Origin: an uncultured delta proteobacterium
GTDB taxonomy: Bacteria > Desulfobacterota > Desulfuromonadia > Geobacterales > Pseudopelobacteraceae
Length of the DNA stretch: 64,000 nucleotides
Direction of reading: 5' to 3'
Assembly (NCBI GenBank): GCA_963772835.1
Contig: CAVYYZ010000012.1
Location: 254,512-318,511 of the forward strand
The position numbers were made by a program, and so were the translations under genes. Below are positions 63,638-64,000 of the stretch, piece by piece (position 1 is the stretch's first letter; every line of letters starts with the position of its first letter). The notes below the pieces were generated by a model that was given only the letters and a program-made list of their open reading frames with translations, had not been told where the DNA came from and did no database searches.

Positions 63638-64000
63638 TTACTCTGATAATTCGATCCACCTTCCATTTGTCAGCGGCCCGAGGTCAGCAGGATTCAGTTG
63701 AAAAACCGCAAACGGAGTGCCTGCTGCCGCCCAAATTACGGTATATTTTTTCAGGTCTATATCCAATAGAGTTTCCAACGGTTCTTTATGGCCTACCGGC
63801 GGTATTCCGCCGATTGCATATCCAACTCTTTCTTTTACGAATCTTCCATCCGCTTTGCCGAGTTTAAAGCCCGTTTTGTTTTCGATTTTCGCTACATCCA
63901 CTCGATTTGAGCCGGATGCAATTACGAGAACAGGAATACCGGTACTCTCTTCTCTAAATACGAGTGATTTAGCTATTTGTGACACTTCACAGCAATACAT
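63638..64000 (-). CDS. YbaK/EbsC family aminoacyl-tRNA deacylase-like protein (5' end outside the window)
   Basis: QIAKSLVF, SGSNRVD, GYAIGGIPPVGH and WAAAGTP. Confidence 0.9.
   Translation of the reverse strand: MYCCEVSQIAKSLVFREESTGIPVLVIASGSNRVDVAKIENKTGFKLGKADGRFVKERVGYAIGGIPPVGHKEPLETLLDIDLKKYTVIWAAAGTPFAVFQLNPADLGPLTNGRWIELSE

Overview
This window is the replication-origin region of a bacterial chromosome, most likely a Geobacteraceae/Desulfuromonadales deltaproteobacterium; this is inferred from gene order and protein families recognised by eye, with no database search. From 1-17.4 kb it holds the conserved origin cluster mnmG-mnmE-yidC-yidD-rnpA-rpmH <> dnaA-dnaN-recF-gyrB-gyrA-HEAT-like protein-gpsA. 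That cluster carries two parS palindromes and an apparently bipartite oriC. From 17.4-40 kb the genes are mostly housekeeping: ispF, a CbpA-like J protein, hemY/hemG, radC, uppP, DUF47-pit, gmd, cysS, a sensor kinase/receiver pair with an alpha-glucan/sugar-nucleotide operon, and a zinc-ribbon/DUF3426 protein. A small scar in this part holds a sigma54-activator remnant and a RhuM-Fic gene. From 39-45 kb lies a minus-strand envelope/division cluster: a giant TPR + Ala/Glu/Lys-repeat + DUF11-like protein, LysM, DivIVA, YggU and SlyD-like genes. From 45-53.7 kb lies an accessory island preceded by an IS3 scar: PepSY, three different PAP2 phosphatases, a COG4705/DUF347 membrane protein, an MFS transporter and a QseBC/PmrAB-like two-component system, with a shared candidate operator in two promoters. 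The rest is amt (sigma54 promoter plus paired activator sites), uvrC, miaA, csp, yggT, fabH, a CheR-like methyltransferase, mqnE, DUF1848 and a partial ybaK. No rRNA, tRNA, CRISPR array or intact mobile element was seen. The best candidates for an undescribed system are the PAP2/PepSY/DUF347 regulon and the possible polar-landmark cluster; both are hypotheses.
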